A stretch of 64,000 bases of DNA, from assembly GCA_965153455.1 (NCBI GenBank), contig OZ234493.1:15552213-15616212 (forward strand), given 5' to 3'. Under the pieces are notes generated by a model that worked only from the letters and a program-made list of their open reading frames with translations, did not search any database and was not told where the DNA came from. Of this stretch, positions 22,914 through 34,658 are shown piece after piece; positions within the stretch are counted from its first letter, which is position 1, and the number at the start of each line of letters is the position of its first letter. The stretch comes from Sphagnum compactum. Its lineage: Eukaryota. A program made the position numbers and the translations under genes.

Positions 22914-24649
22914 ATCTCTGCTGCTGCTGCTGAGTCAAGATGCTGTAAAACTTGGTTTCTCAAAGAAGAAACATGCTCTTCTTCCCTCCGTGGTTTGTTT
23001 GCACACAGAAATCACGATTCGACTCTGATCCTTCCTGAGGCTGCTAGAGACAAAGAAAAGAAGCACAACATCAGCCCGGGAACTACCCAAAGGCCAGAAG
23101 ACAGCAACCGGAGAACATCAGAGAATTATACGGTACTGCTCAAGAACCTTAAGAAATCCTCTGCACTCAGTTTCTGATGCAATGCAAGAAAATCTTGGAT
23201 CCAGACACGGAAAGAAGACAGACATCACCACCAGGACGCAGATCCTCCCGCTGCCTTGACGGGAACGGGAACGCGCTCGGATGCAGACCTCCCTTCGCTC
23301 CTTCGACAGCAACGGGCAGCAAACCCTGAAAGACCAAATCCGGACAACCGAGTGCCCTTGCTTCATGAAGATCCAAAAGCTGCGGCCTGATTGCAGCAAA
23401 ATGCTCGAGATCGAGATCGAAATTGAGAGGGATATCAGACAGACAAACAGACAAGACAACATATTGAGAGATGAAAAGGAGTGGCGGATACGGAAAGCGC
23501 ACCGAGTTCAAGATCTCCCTGCAGCGGCTTGAAAAGCTCGCAGCGCTCGTCGAGATGATGGATCTGTGGAGCAGTAAGAAGCCTGTTGAGACGGCAAGAG
23601 AGAGAAATGCAGGATCACGACACCAGAAATGACAACGGTGATCACAGATCTACATGCGCGGTTATAGCAATGGACGAGACTTTGTGCTCCATAGCTCCTC
23701 CGGTGGTGGTTTGCTTTCTTCCAAGCTCCTTCATCATCTTCCACCTGCTGCCTTGCAGCCTTTTCCTCTTAACCTTCCAACAGCACAGAAAGAGGGGGTT
23801 CCACTGACAAATGACATTATTGTGTGCACACTGTGTACAATTTGCAGATGTGTTCAAATGCAACAAAAATGCAAAACTATGACAAACAAAGCTTCACAAA
23901 CGAATTGCAATGTATTGAATAACTGGAAGACTCCTGGGTCTGCACAGAGTCCACAATCTTGTTACAAATGCCACACTTTGCACTCTGCTCAAACAATGAG
24001 AAGAAGATTATCCTGCTGAGCATGTGGAAAAGGATGTCACCATTCTTGACACAAGCAAGAGAGCCAAAAAAGATGATGTAGACAAACATATTATGAGGAC
24101 GCACAGCAAGACAGCCAACAGATGATGTAGACAAACATATATTGAGAACCAAGATGCAGACAGACTTGTGTACTGGCGATGACACAGAGACAGCAAAAGA
24201 TGCAAAACAAACATGCGCAATCATGAAATGCGTGACACAGATGCAGACAGACTTGTGTACTGGTGGCGACATGGAGGGCGGAAGATGCAAATTTTTCAAT
24301 TGCAGCACCTGCCGACAGGTGAGTTTTGGAGGAGTTGGAACCTCCACAGTGACAGACACACAATTGAGCACACTTTCTCCTCCTTGTTTTGGACAAAGTT
24401 TGTCATTTCAACAAACAGATTTGTCTGTAGTTGCACAGTAAACTATAAAACAGTTGCTACATGAGCTTATTTTCATTACACTCAAGTTCTCAAATTATAC
24501 CTCAACACTTCCATTCCAAAATCTTTAGCAAAATCTTCCCATTTGGAATAATTGCTAGCACCTGGAAGTGTTGAGAATCAAGGCAAACTCTCTCTCTCCC
24601 CTCCTTCAAGAGGTTCTAAACCCTAAAAATCTGCAGCATAATAACCTTC

Positions 24650-27600
24650 TCACTGCTGCTTGGCTTTCCGATCAGCTTCCAAGGCTTGGTCTGTGAGTTC
24701 CTGCAGAAACTCGAGCGTCTTTGTGTATGCAGGATCAGATCTACTCAGTGGTTTGCATGAGTTGATATGGTCTGTGCCTGCAAGGACCTGCCATTTTTAT
24801 GAACCCACCCCACCACCCACACAAGTTTTACAAACCTCTTCAGAAAAAAGGCCTCTGTCTGTCTGTCTGCCTGCAGCATAGCCACACTCTTTAACAGTTG
24901 TGACATCAACACAAACCCAATAGGAACTGGCAAACAAAAACCAACAATGGGTGAGAAGTAGATGTACCACTAGCTCGCCAAAGCCTGGATATGCAGACTC
25001 AATGGGGACAACTTCAAACCGAAGAGCATACCCTCCATAGCCCTCCACTAGTGGGGTCACAGTACTCTGCAAAACATGAGTCCAGAGTAGTGCAAATGTC
25101 CTTCACAGTTAGTTCCAGCATGAAGAGCAAGGCTAAGAATTGATCAATTGGTTCAAATTTTGAACACTGATAAATATTGGGAGTGAAAAACCAAAGGCAA
25201 CCAAAGCAACATTCTTCACCACTACCTTCTACCTGGATAGTAAGACCTAATCACAGAAGGAAATTTGCATCACAGAAAAAGGGGTTTTGGCAGCAAAGTG
25301 CAAACTAACAAGCTTGAAGACAAATTCTATATTGATCTAGCATAACAAAGGGGATGTGACAACACATTCAGATTTGCTCAAGCTAACAGAAAGTGCACAC
25401 CTCACTGAAGCTGAGTATCTTCAAGTGACCCTTGCTGTGAAGTAGGCTGATAGTGCGATTTAGCTGTTCAAGTCTGGGTGACCCACTCCTCAACTCTCCT
25501 ACCTGCATTGTCATTCATTGTGCCTCAAATGGAGCTCATTGTTATCAAATATCCAGACAGTTTTCAATTCGGAAACTCTGAAAATAAACTGCAGAAAACT
25601 CAAAAGGATCTATGTTAGGAAATGGATCCAAAAGTCAAAAAATACTCACCGTAGGGGCAGGTCGCAGTACATAACCAATCCCCCAAGGCATGTCGGCAAG
25701 CTTGCTACCAAAATGTGGGGTACTATAAAATACCTGTGAGGTAGCACACAAACTACATCAGTAGGCCACCCAGCAATGAAAATCCCAGCTACCAGATTCT
25801 GAAGTTACTCAAAAATTGATGTGGAAAGTATATAAGAGTCATTCATCACTACCATTTGCAAGACAGTCAATCTCTACATCTGCTGATGAACAATCTCTCA
25901 ACCAAGAATCATTCACATTGCAGCATTACACAGAAAGCGATGACAAAGACAGTCAGTACAAGAGAAACAATGCTAGTAATATTCAATCTAGATTGACATC
26001 ATCAAAGGAACAACTGATCCAAGTTCAAGGAGAGGCAGAAAAAGAGGACGCTGAAGCCACACAATGCCTGAAGTTTGGTCAACAAGATGGGCACATTTCG
26101 CATCTTGTCCTGCTTGTAACAGCATTTGCTTCACTACCAGCCCTCCCATGCTGCAACCAAAAAATCCATCCCAAAAACCCCAGCAACCATTGTCTTAGAC
26201 TCAACTGCAACTTCATTATACTCAGGCATTAAGCACTGCAAATGCCTGAAAGACTAACCTGTGTGTGACAAAAACAACAGGTCGCTCTCCAACACCTGCA
26301 GCGATCAATTTATCCAGTAATATTGAGCTCACTTCCTGTATGCAGCCACGCCCCACACTCCACCATCTTACAGCCTGTTTTCCATTCTTCCTTCATTTCT
26401 GAATGTATAAGAAGTCACAACACCTTGCTAAGATACCAGATTCATAGGACAAACATGCAAGCACACATATAGTTATTTAATCTGAACAGGAAGTAGATTT
26501 CCAACAGGCTATACAATGATAATATCAGGTAAAAAATTGCATCATTATCTGCAGGAGTATACCTGTAGTGGAAGGGTAGGACCAGACCATTGTGAAAAGT
26601 TTGTCTGCAAACGAAGTAGGTGATAAGGTTGGAAAGAATGGAATGTGGCATCAACAACACAATGCACATCATGCTTCCATGCTACTTCCAATAGAAAGGA
26701 GGGTTATTGTGCCAAAAGCAACATTATAACCAAATGTAGCAACAAATACCACAGATATCTGCAGAGAAATCTCAGTGATAGGTAGCAGTGCTCACCTTAT
26801 ATTTTACAGTGAGTAGGCGGGACCGAGGAAGGTCAGCAGCCAGCCATTCTTCAGGCCAACATGTGCCCTTCTTACCAGCATCTACATCAATCTTCTCCAC
26901 CAACCCACTTGCTGTTGATGTCTTACTATCCTCAGCTATTCGCCATGTCCTATATGGTCCACCTCTCAAGCCATGAACAAATACCACATCCATGACTGGT
27001 CTTTCATCATCATCCTGTAAGCCAAAAGCTCCAAAACTGTCAGATCAATTCAAAAAACAGCTAGAGCCACAGCAGGGTTTTGAAGAGGGGTTCTGGCGCA
27101 CCATCTCTGCAGCAGCTGACTCACTTGGGAACCCAGCATAGAGACCTTTTGATATCAGCTCTTCATGACCTGACCTACTATCTCCCCTACATTTCCAGTA
27201 CCGAGCCCCTGGATTCATGATCAAGATAGTGTCTTCGTAACGAGGCCAGATTTCCAATTCACTGTGCCCTTCTGCATCTCGTTCCAGCAGTCCTTTACCT
27301 CCCAGAACTTGCACCATTCCTTGTGCTTCACAGAGATGCAGCAGTACAGAACGTGCATAACTCCGCAATTTTATGTCCTTGCCATAGTTGCCTTCAGCAC
27401 AAGCCTCCAGCCAGTCACACCATGCAGAGTCACTTCCCAGTGCAAGAGCTGCTGAGGGTTGCAATGAGAGAATAGAAAGGAACCGCATCGCATGTTTCCT
27501 GATATGGGCAATGATGGCCTCATTTGAGTTGGACAACATTTTGGCCTTGCCTGGGGTGCGCACTTCTTGCATTCCTGCATTGCTTGCTTGGGGGGAAGCA

Positions 27601-30600
27601 TGGTTCTCAGATGCCTCAGCAGCAACCCACTCACCAAAGTCATCACAGAGCAAGATACGTCTCAGCAAAAACAGCCCTCCTGCATCTACCAGTCGTTGCC
27701 TACCCACCTGGGAACAAGACTCAAGAGTCACATACAGCTTCAACATCAAAACAGTTGTGCAGCAACTCTCAGCATTTGTAACAAATTACTAAGTGGAAGA
27801 CAGCCAATGCATGAACCTGTGTAGGGAAAAAATCTGACCGGATCCTCAGCTGTCAATTCTGTCAGTGCTTTCACAGCCTTCAAGGTCACCAAGGCAGCCT
27901 CTCCAGCTGTGACTTTTGGCAACTCCTTGCTACCAGATGCAGGTATTATATCAGTGGCCCCAAAAAAGCCCAGCAGATCCACCATTGGTAATTGTGCTGC
28001 ACTTTCTGCAACAGCTTGCAGTGATTTTTTTGTTGCCACTGTGCCCTCTAAAGCAACAACTTTTGCAAGTTGTGAAGCTGCATCAGTTGCCATCTGAAGT
28101 CGTTCATTCTGTCAATAACACCCAGTCCAATCCTTCAACATATGCTTTCCTTCTTCTTCATTGCTTCTGGTTCCAACTAACCTACCTGGACAGGAAGAAA
28201 CTGATGAATTTTACATCCATAATTCTGAAACATCCTGACAATAGCCTCTAGAGATGAAAAACAGATATATCTAACAACACTGTATGCATACAAACTAACC
28301 TGAACCATGCTTCTTGCTTTTTGATTTCTGTTCTTGACCACATTATGGTCACTGACAACGTCCATGAGAAGCATTGCAAGCCATGCTTGGGAAATTGGAA
28401 TTCCCCCTCGATCCAAACTGTTCACCACCCGCATCAATATGCGGCATCCACAATCTCTTGTCACACTTTCAGAGTTCTGGCTACACACCCAGCGCAGAAG
28501 AATTGGTGACCATTTGTGGCTCTCCTGAGCTGATAGCCCTGCCCCAGATGCTGTAAATACATCAAGGATCTGTGCAAGTGCTCCCTGAATGCGGGCATGT
28601 GCTTCAGTCTCCTTTGCAATCCTTCGTAGCACTGGTAGTCCCTCCTGTTTGACCAAATTTTTTGCACCTGGCCATGGAAAGGTGGGGTTCATTGTGTCAC
28701 CTGACTGGAGGCAATCAATACAATGCACTGCTACTTGAAATGCAAAACTTGCTCATGGATGTATGCTCAAGGTCCACACACTTAGTTTCAGATCTCAAGC
28801 CTTGGACACTATCTAGAAGTTTTGGAAAGGAACTGCGACAAAAAAGCATCCAAACCTTGACTGCATGATACACAGGCTGTCAGAGCAGTAAGAGCTGAGA
28901 GGGTGAGCTGTGGGTCCTGTGCACTCCCAGCCTGAGATGCTGTTGCCAATAGGGCAGTGCTCCACTTAGCTGCCACCTCATTAATTTGCTGGTCTGCATT
29001 CTGCAACAGAAAATTGATCACCATTGTTGCATGCCACCTCACTGTACGTTCAGGTTCACGCACAGCACCCAGTAAGGCCTCCCCGTTCTTGTCAATATGT
29101 GCAATTGTTGATCGGTTGGCACTTGATGCCTGAGCCCATGTGGCAAGTGCCCAGGCTGCTAATGTCACTGCAACATATCTTCCAGGAAGATCATCCCATA
29201 AACCAATACTACTACTGGAACTTTCACTGAACCTTCTTCCCCTCATCCCTCCAGAGCCATCTCCACCTTCTACCCTCAGTGGACTCTTGCTTGCTACAGG
29301 ACCTGAGGTGACACTTGTAGCCAAACTGCTGGCAACAGTGTCTTCCCAGAACCATGATCCTCTGGAAGCCTGTCCCAACTTGCTGCTCAACTCTGAGAAT
29401 GACAATGCTGAAGAATTTCTTGGGTTAACTTCAGTGTTCTCTGCACCTCCAGACACCAGAACACCAACAGATTTGCCCAGGTCTTTTCCTGCAGGCTCCC
29501 CCTCATCGTCCTTCACCCACCCACCCTGCACCACCTGCAAAGCTGCAGAAACATCTGCTGGGTCTGCTTTCCCTGCAAACAGAAAGTTGAAATAGTCTTG
29601 GTGAACACCACCAGACAGAACAAAAACCTATGACAAAAAGAGAAGACAAGTGAATGTCATTCAAACCCCATACCAAACATTTTAACATTTAAAGCAAACA
29701 AACTCACAGGAAATTACAATTGCACATATGGCTTGACAAAGGAATCTTTCCAGCAGAAAAATCAAAGTCGTCTAAGAGATGTGCAAAGGAACCTGGAAGC
29801 ATGGGACGAAATCCAGTTATGCCATCCCCTGCATCACAGCTTGAGTGGACAAGGTCCATGATTGCAGCCACAAGCCGCCTCTTTCCTTGCAATGCACTCC
29901 CCATTTCATTTGAGTTGGTTTCCTCTTTATATACTTGCTTCATGTTCTGCAGCACTTGCAACCATGTACATTCCATTGATAAGAATACACAAAAACACAT
30001 TGGGCAGTTCCATGACAGCTATGGGACAGGAAACAACACTTAACTGCAGTGGAAAATTCTCTCAAGGGTTAGATGGTGAGTATCAAACCTCAATGCCATC
30101 ATGAGGTTTGATGGAGGCTGAAAAATGGAGTAAGTAGGGCAAAGCATGAGGCCTGCCCAACACACTCTCACAAGTGTTTTTATCTGAAAGCAGGTGTGCA
30201 AGAGCTCGCGATGCCTCTGCCTGAGTCACCACACATGCTGGCCTGCCATCAAAAACACAAACATATAGAGTGCAGAGATGGTGACCAATAGTTGAGCAAA
30301 CACCTCCAGGATCCTTGCAGTCTAGAAACCAACAATAACCAGACCAATAAATTCTCACACAGACCACTACCTGAAGGTTCTGATGGACTACTTGTACTAG
30401 GATACTTCTGCCAAGATGCATATATGACTTTGAAGATAATCTTACCTGTCACTTCCAACAGCCTTTAGCAGCCAATCAACCACTAAGCCATTCCCTGAGC
30501 CCACCACTGCCTGTCTTCGGTTTGAATGTGCAGCAAGGTCTGAGCAACAAAGAGGACTCTCCAAAATCAGGTATAATCCATTATTTATCAGATTCGTGCA

Positions 30601-31429
30601 TCAGGAAAGTAATTCTGAAACTTAGAGGAACACATAATATAACATGATTTGCCTGACTGCATAGATGATTCATGGTCATACCTGCAAGTAATGATGCTAC
30701 TCTAGGTTGCCACCAGGCAAGAGCACCGAGGGTGGCACTGTCACCAGCTGATGCTAGAACAGAAGCAAGTACCTGCACCATCACCCATGCAGCAGCACCT
30801 GCCTCCACAAAATCCACTGCAGACTGTGCCATTTTCTTCTCCACGCCCGCCATAATCAACCCAAAACTTTCAGCAATTGTTGCAGCAGAATTATATACAG
30901 CTGAGAATCCAGACCTGACAAGTCCACTCAGATCTCCATCTGAAAGGGATACAGCCAATGCTGCTGCTCCCAGCAGCACAAGCAATGCTGTGGCTCCGAC
31001 TCCCACTGAAATAAGCATTCGGAGCCTGTCACGTGACCTAAGAATCTCCAACTTTGTCTCTGCCTTGGTATCGTTGGTGCCAAGAGGCTTTCTGTTGTCA
31101 ACTGGATACCTGTACAGGTATGGCCAGAGCCGGGAGAGGAATCTCTGTGCCATGTATCTGTCAGCATGGTTGGGGTATGACATGTGTTTGGATGGCTCAA
31201 AAGAGAAAGCGGATGCAGCTGATGTTGTGATTCCATGTTGCAAAACCCTAGACCCTACAATTTGGTGAAAGCAATTATGTCTGCTGGTTGGAGAAGGGAA
31301 GGAGGAGGTGTCAGCTGATGATGAAGTCACCAACAATTTGTAACAGGGACAGCAGCTGCTGATGCAAAAGCTTCTTCCTCTTCTCAATTGTGGCCACAAA
31401 TGTCGCCGTGCTTGTGTGCGGATGAGCAT
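24650..31429 (-). CDS. SERAC1: SERAC1-like alpha/beta-hydrolase with N-terminal transit peptide, TM segment and ARM-like region; multi-exon
   Basis: Exons encode DVVFVHGLRGGPYRTWR, CWPEEWLAADLPRSRLLTVKYK, TNFSQWSGPTLPLQ, RPVVFVTH-S-MGGLVVKQML (nucleophile), FYSTPHFGSKLAD, ESAYPGFGELV and last exon 24787-24650 (TDHINSCKP..DPAYTKTLEFL*). First exon 31429-30682. Confidence 0.9.
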
Positions 31430-32599
31430 TTGAGTTCCAGGTTTGATAACCTGTCCCCACAGACCCCGGCCCCTTCTTCTTCTCCTTCAGTCCAAGATTT
31501 TCAACAAATCTCCTTCAATAAAATCCCGATCGACAGAAATGAAAAATATCAAAAGCCTCCCACATCTTTCAAACCCTAACTGAAGAAGCCCAAAAACCGC
31601 AACTTCAAAAAAATTGAAAAAGCAAAGAAGTTCAACACTCTCTTCCCGAAAAACAGAACAGATTAAAGAAAACCCCAAGATTTCTTCGAAAACAAAAAGC
31701 TCGGGAAAAAAAAAAGAACAAAGCACCGACTTACGGTTCAGAAAAAAAGCCGTTCCACGCTCCAATTTCACTACGAGGAATTCCGATTCGCTGCCTCCCC
31801 TCACAAAATCCGGCATTAGGAAAAACAACCCTCCCAGAAAAAATTAAAAAATGAATCACACCAATTCCGGAATCTGCAATACCGGGGAAGAAGAAACAGA
31901 AGGAAAGGAGCGCGAGAAGCAAGCAAGCAAGCAAGCAAGCAGAAGAGAGAATTGGCAATCGCGAGGAAACCAAATTGGCCAACGGAGTGCAGATCGATGT
32001 GGGCTTGCTTGGGCTTTGCAAAATTTAGGGTTTTGTGAAATTTGCGTTTGGAGAAGTGCAAAACACACCGACACAAGCTTTGTTTGCACTGACACGAAAG
32101 ATAGGCCACAAAAGTGGCCCCTAACTTAGAGCGTCTCCATCGGTGCTCAGTATGTGATCCTGCACAGTAAAAAATTGGATGAAGAAAAGTCAAAATATGC
32201 GGGATTATTGACTCAAGAAAATGGCTTTGTCTCACCATGATTGCATCGTCTGCTGCTGTGTGGCTGGCAAAAGGTGCAGCAAAGGTGTGCACCTGCAGAA
32301 ACGAGTGTAATAAATATGACCTGACTTCTTCTGATACGTGTTTCTGATTGGCCCATCATAATGATTGGCCCAGGTGGTTTGGTTTTATGGTTAAGGTTTA
32401 TCATGCCAAGGTCTTAAGGTAAACAATTTGTGGTGGATGGTGGTTTTATGTGAAAATGGGGCATGTTAAATATGTGCAATATAGCATAGGGTCAATAAGG
32501 CTCACAAATTGAGATTGGAAAAAAAATAAAATTATTTCAAAAATAAAATGGACAGACAATTACAAATTTGAATTTGTGGATGTGTATAAAAATGTATGA

Positions 32600-33000
32600 A
32601 AATCCTTAAGTATCGCGTTACAAAATGGTGGTGAGTCACAAAAAATAAATTCCACCATAAAAAGATTCAAGACTTTAGTTCCAAATTGAAATATAAATTA
32701 TGTGAGTGTGATTGTATCAAAAGAATGGTGCAAAAAGTTCATGACAATATCATTTATGGCATTCTTGACTCAAGATTTTAATTTAGGGATGAGATTAAAA
32801 TTCGTGATTGTGATTTGTATCAAAGGAAAGGTGTAGTGACCAAATTTTTTAAGAAAAGATCAAGTTCATACAACATTACTTATGAAGCAATTGATTCAAG
32901 AGTTTAAATTCAAGATGAAATTCTAAATATGTGATAATGGGTGTATGAAAAAAGGGCATGGGGACCAAACTTTTAAGAGAAAGCAAGAATCTCACTATAA
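32600..33000. repeat. Degenerate ~105-125 bp tandem repeat x3
   Basis: GA(T/C)TCAAGA..TTTA..T...TGA.AT and GTAT(C/G)AAA...GG motifs recur at similar spacing. Confidence 0.55.
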
Positions 33001-34658
33001 GTGAATAATGTAAAAAACCTTTAGGAAATCAACAATAGACGTATTGCCACATAGTTTTGTTGTTAGTTTTTTGGTATAAAAAACAAGCATGTTCTAAAAG
33101 ATTATTTTTATTTTCATTTATATTACACTTTGTATTGATTTACACATTGGAAAACATCAAAAGACAAAAAGAAAAATGCAAGGCACAAGGGTTTTATATT
33201 GAAGAGGAATTTGAATGTTTATGTGTAATACCCCTTAAGTGATGGAGAAATAAGTTTTTTTCTTCTGCAAGGAGAAGAAGAAGTTGAAGAGGAAAAAAAT
33301 ATTTTTATTTGGCAACAACAAGAAGATCTTATGTGGCAACCAAAAAAAAAATAAATAAAGAAATAATTCTAAAATCATGTTCTTTTATAACAAAAAAACA
33401 CCCTTAATAGATTCAAATAAAAGAAAGAAGAGGAAAGAAAGGGTAACTTTTCTTTTTTTTTCTTCAATGGTCATAGCAGCTTCCACAACAAAGAAGAAGA
33501 AAAATTAAAAACAAGCATAATGAAAAGAAAAAAGAAAAGAAAAAAGTTTGGAAAGCATTGGAAAGCTTGAAGAGTTGGGGAGCTTCAAGAGGGAAAAAAA
33601 AGAGAAGAAAGGAAGGGGACAATGAAAAGTGTGTAGCTAAGCCAAACGAAAATGGGCATCAAAAGAAAAAAAATTGCTGCTTTGTATGTTTTTTCAGAAC
33701 CAGGAATAAACTCAACCACCCTAGAAATAGTCAGAGTCGGGTTTCATCCAAAAACAGGAAAATCCCAATTGGTGCAGTCATGCGGGTCTGGTCATTCAAG
33801 CCTAGAAAAAAGGCTTGCAACCAAGGGCTTCACCTAGCATAAAGGGCGCATGGTGTGGGCGTGTGAGGTTTTACATAGTAGGTCTGGAGGACACAGCTAA
33901 GTCTCTCAGCTATCACCCACAAATTGGTTCTAAGTTCAATCTGAGATTATATACAAAATCCTACATAGCATCCATCTGGGCAGAGCCAGCACAGCTTTGC
34001 TATGAATAAAGAATAGACAATATCAAAATCAAATCACAAAGAGTTTGAAAGACCAATCATCCCTGCGCACCTTATGGACCCCATGACTGGCAAGAGGCTG
34101 TTGGTTACTGAAAATGGTCTCAGCTCCTTGAGCAGATTACCAAACATAACCAGCATCACTTACATCCAGAAATGATGACCTACCTGCTCAGCAAGTAGAT
34201 GCAAATCACTTTGCATCCATACACAGAATGGATATTGATCACTTCTTGTCCACACAATGAGATACAAGCCGCTTAATATGTGACAACACTTGGGCTTCCA
34301 TGTTCGAGGAGGAAGAGACATGTACCCCTAAAGCTGGTTATGCTTTTGCAGAACATGCACCGGTATCAGTGATGTACTTTTATGCAGGTGAACTAACCAT
34401 CCAACATGAGTTTCTTAATGCGAGGATTTACATATGAAGAAACTAGGCCTCAAAAATCTTGGTTCATCACTATAACTAGACACCACAACCACAAAACAGA
34501 AAACATCCACCGCACAAAACTCAGGGACAACAAAAACCTGGAATTGAAATTTTTGGATGCAACTTTATGCATCACACATTCCTCAAACTAAATCCTGCAA
34601 TAATCTGAAACACTTGTATGTACAGAAACTGTGCAGACAGAAAATGTGTTTGAAACAA

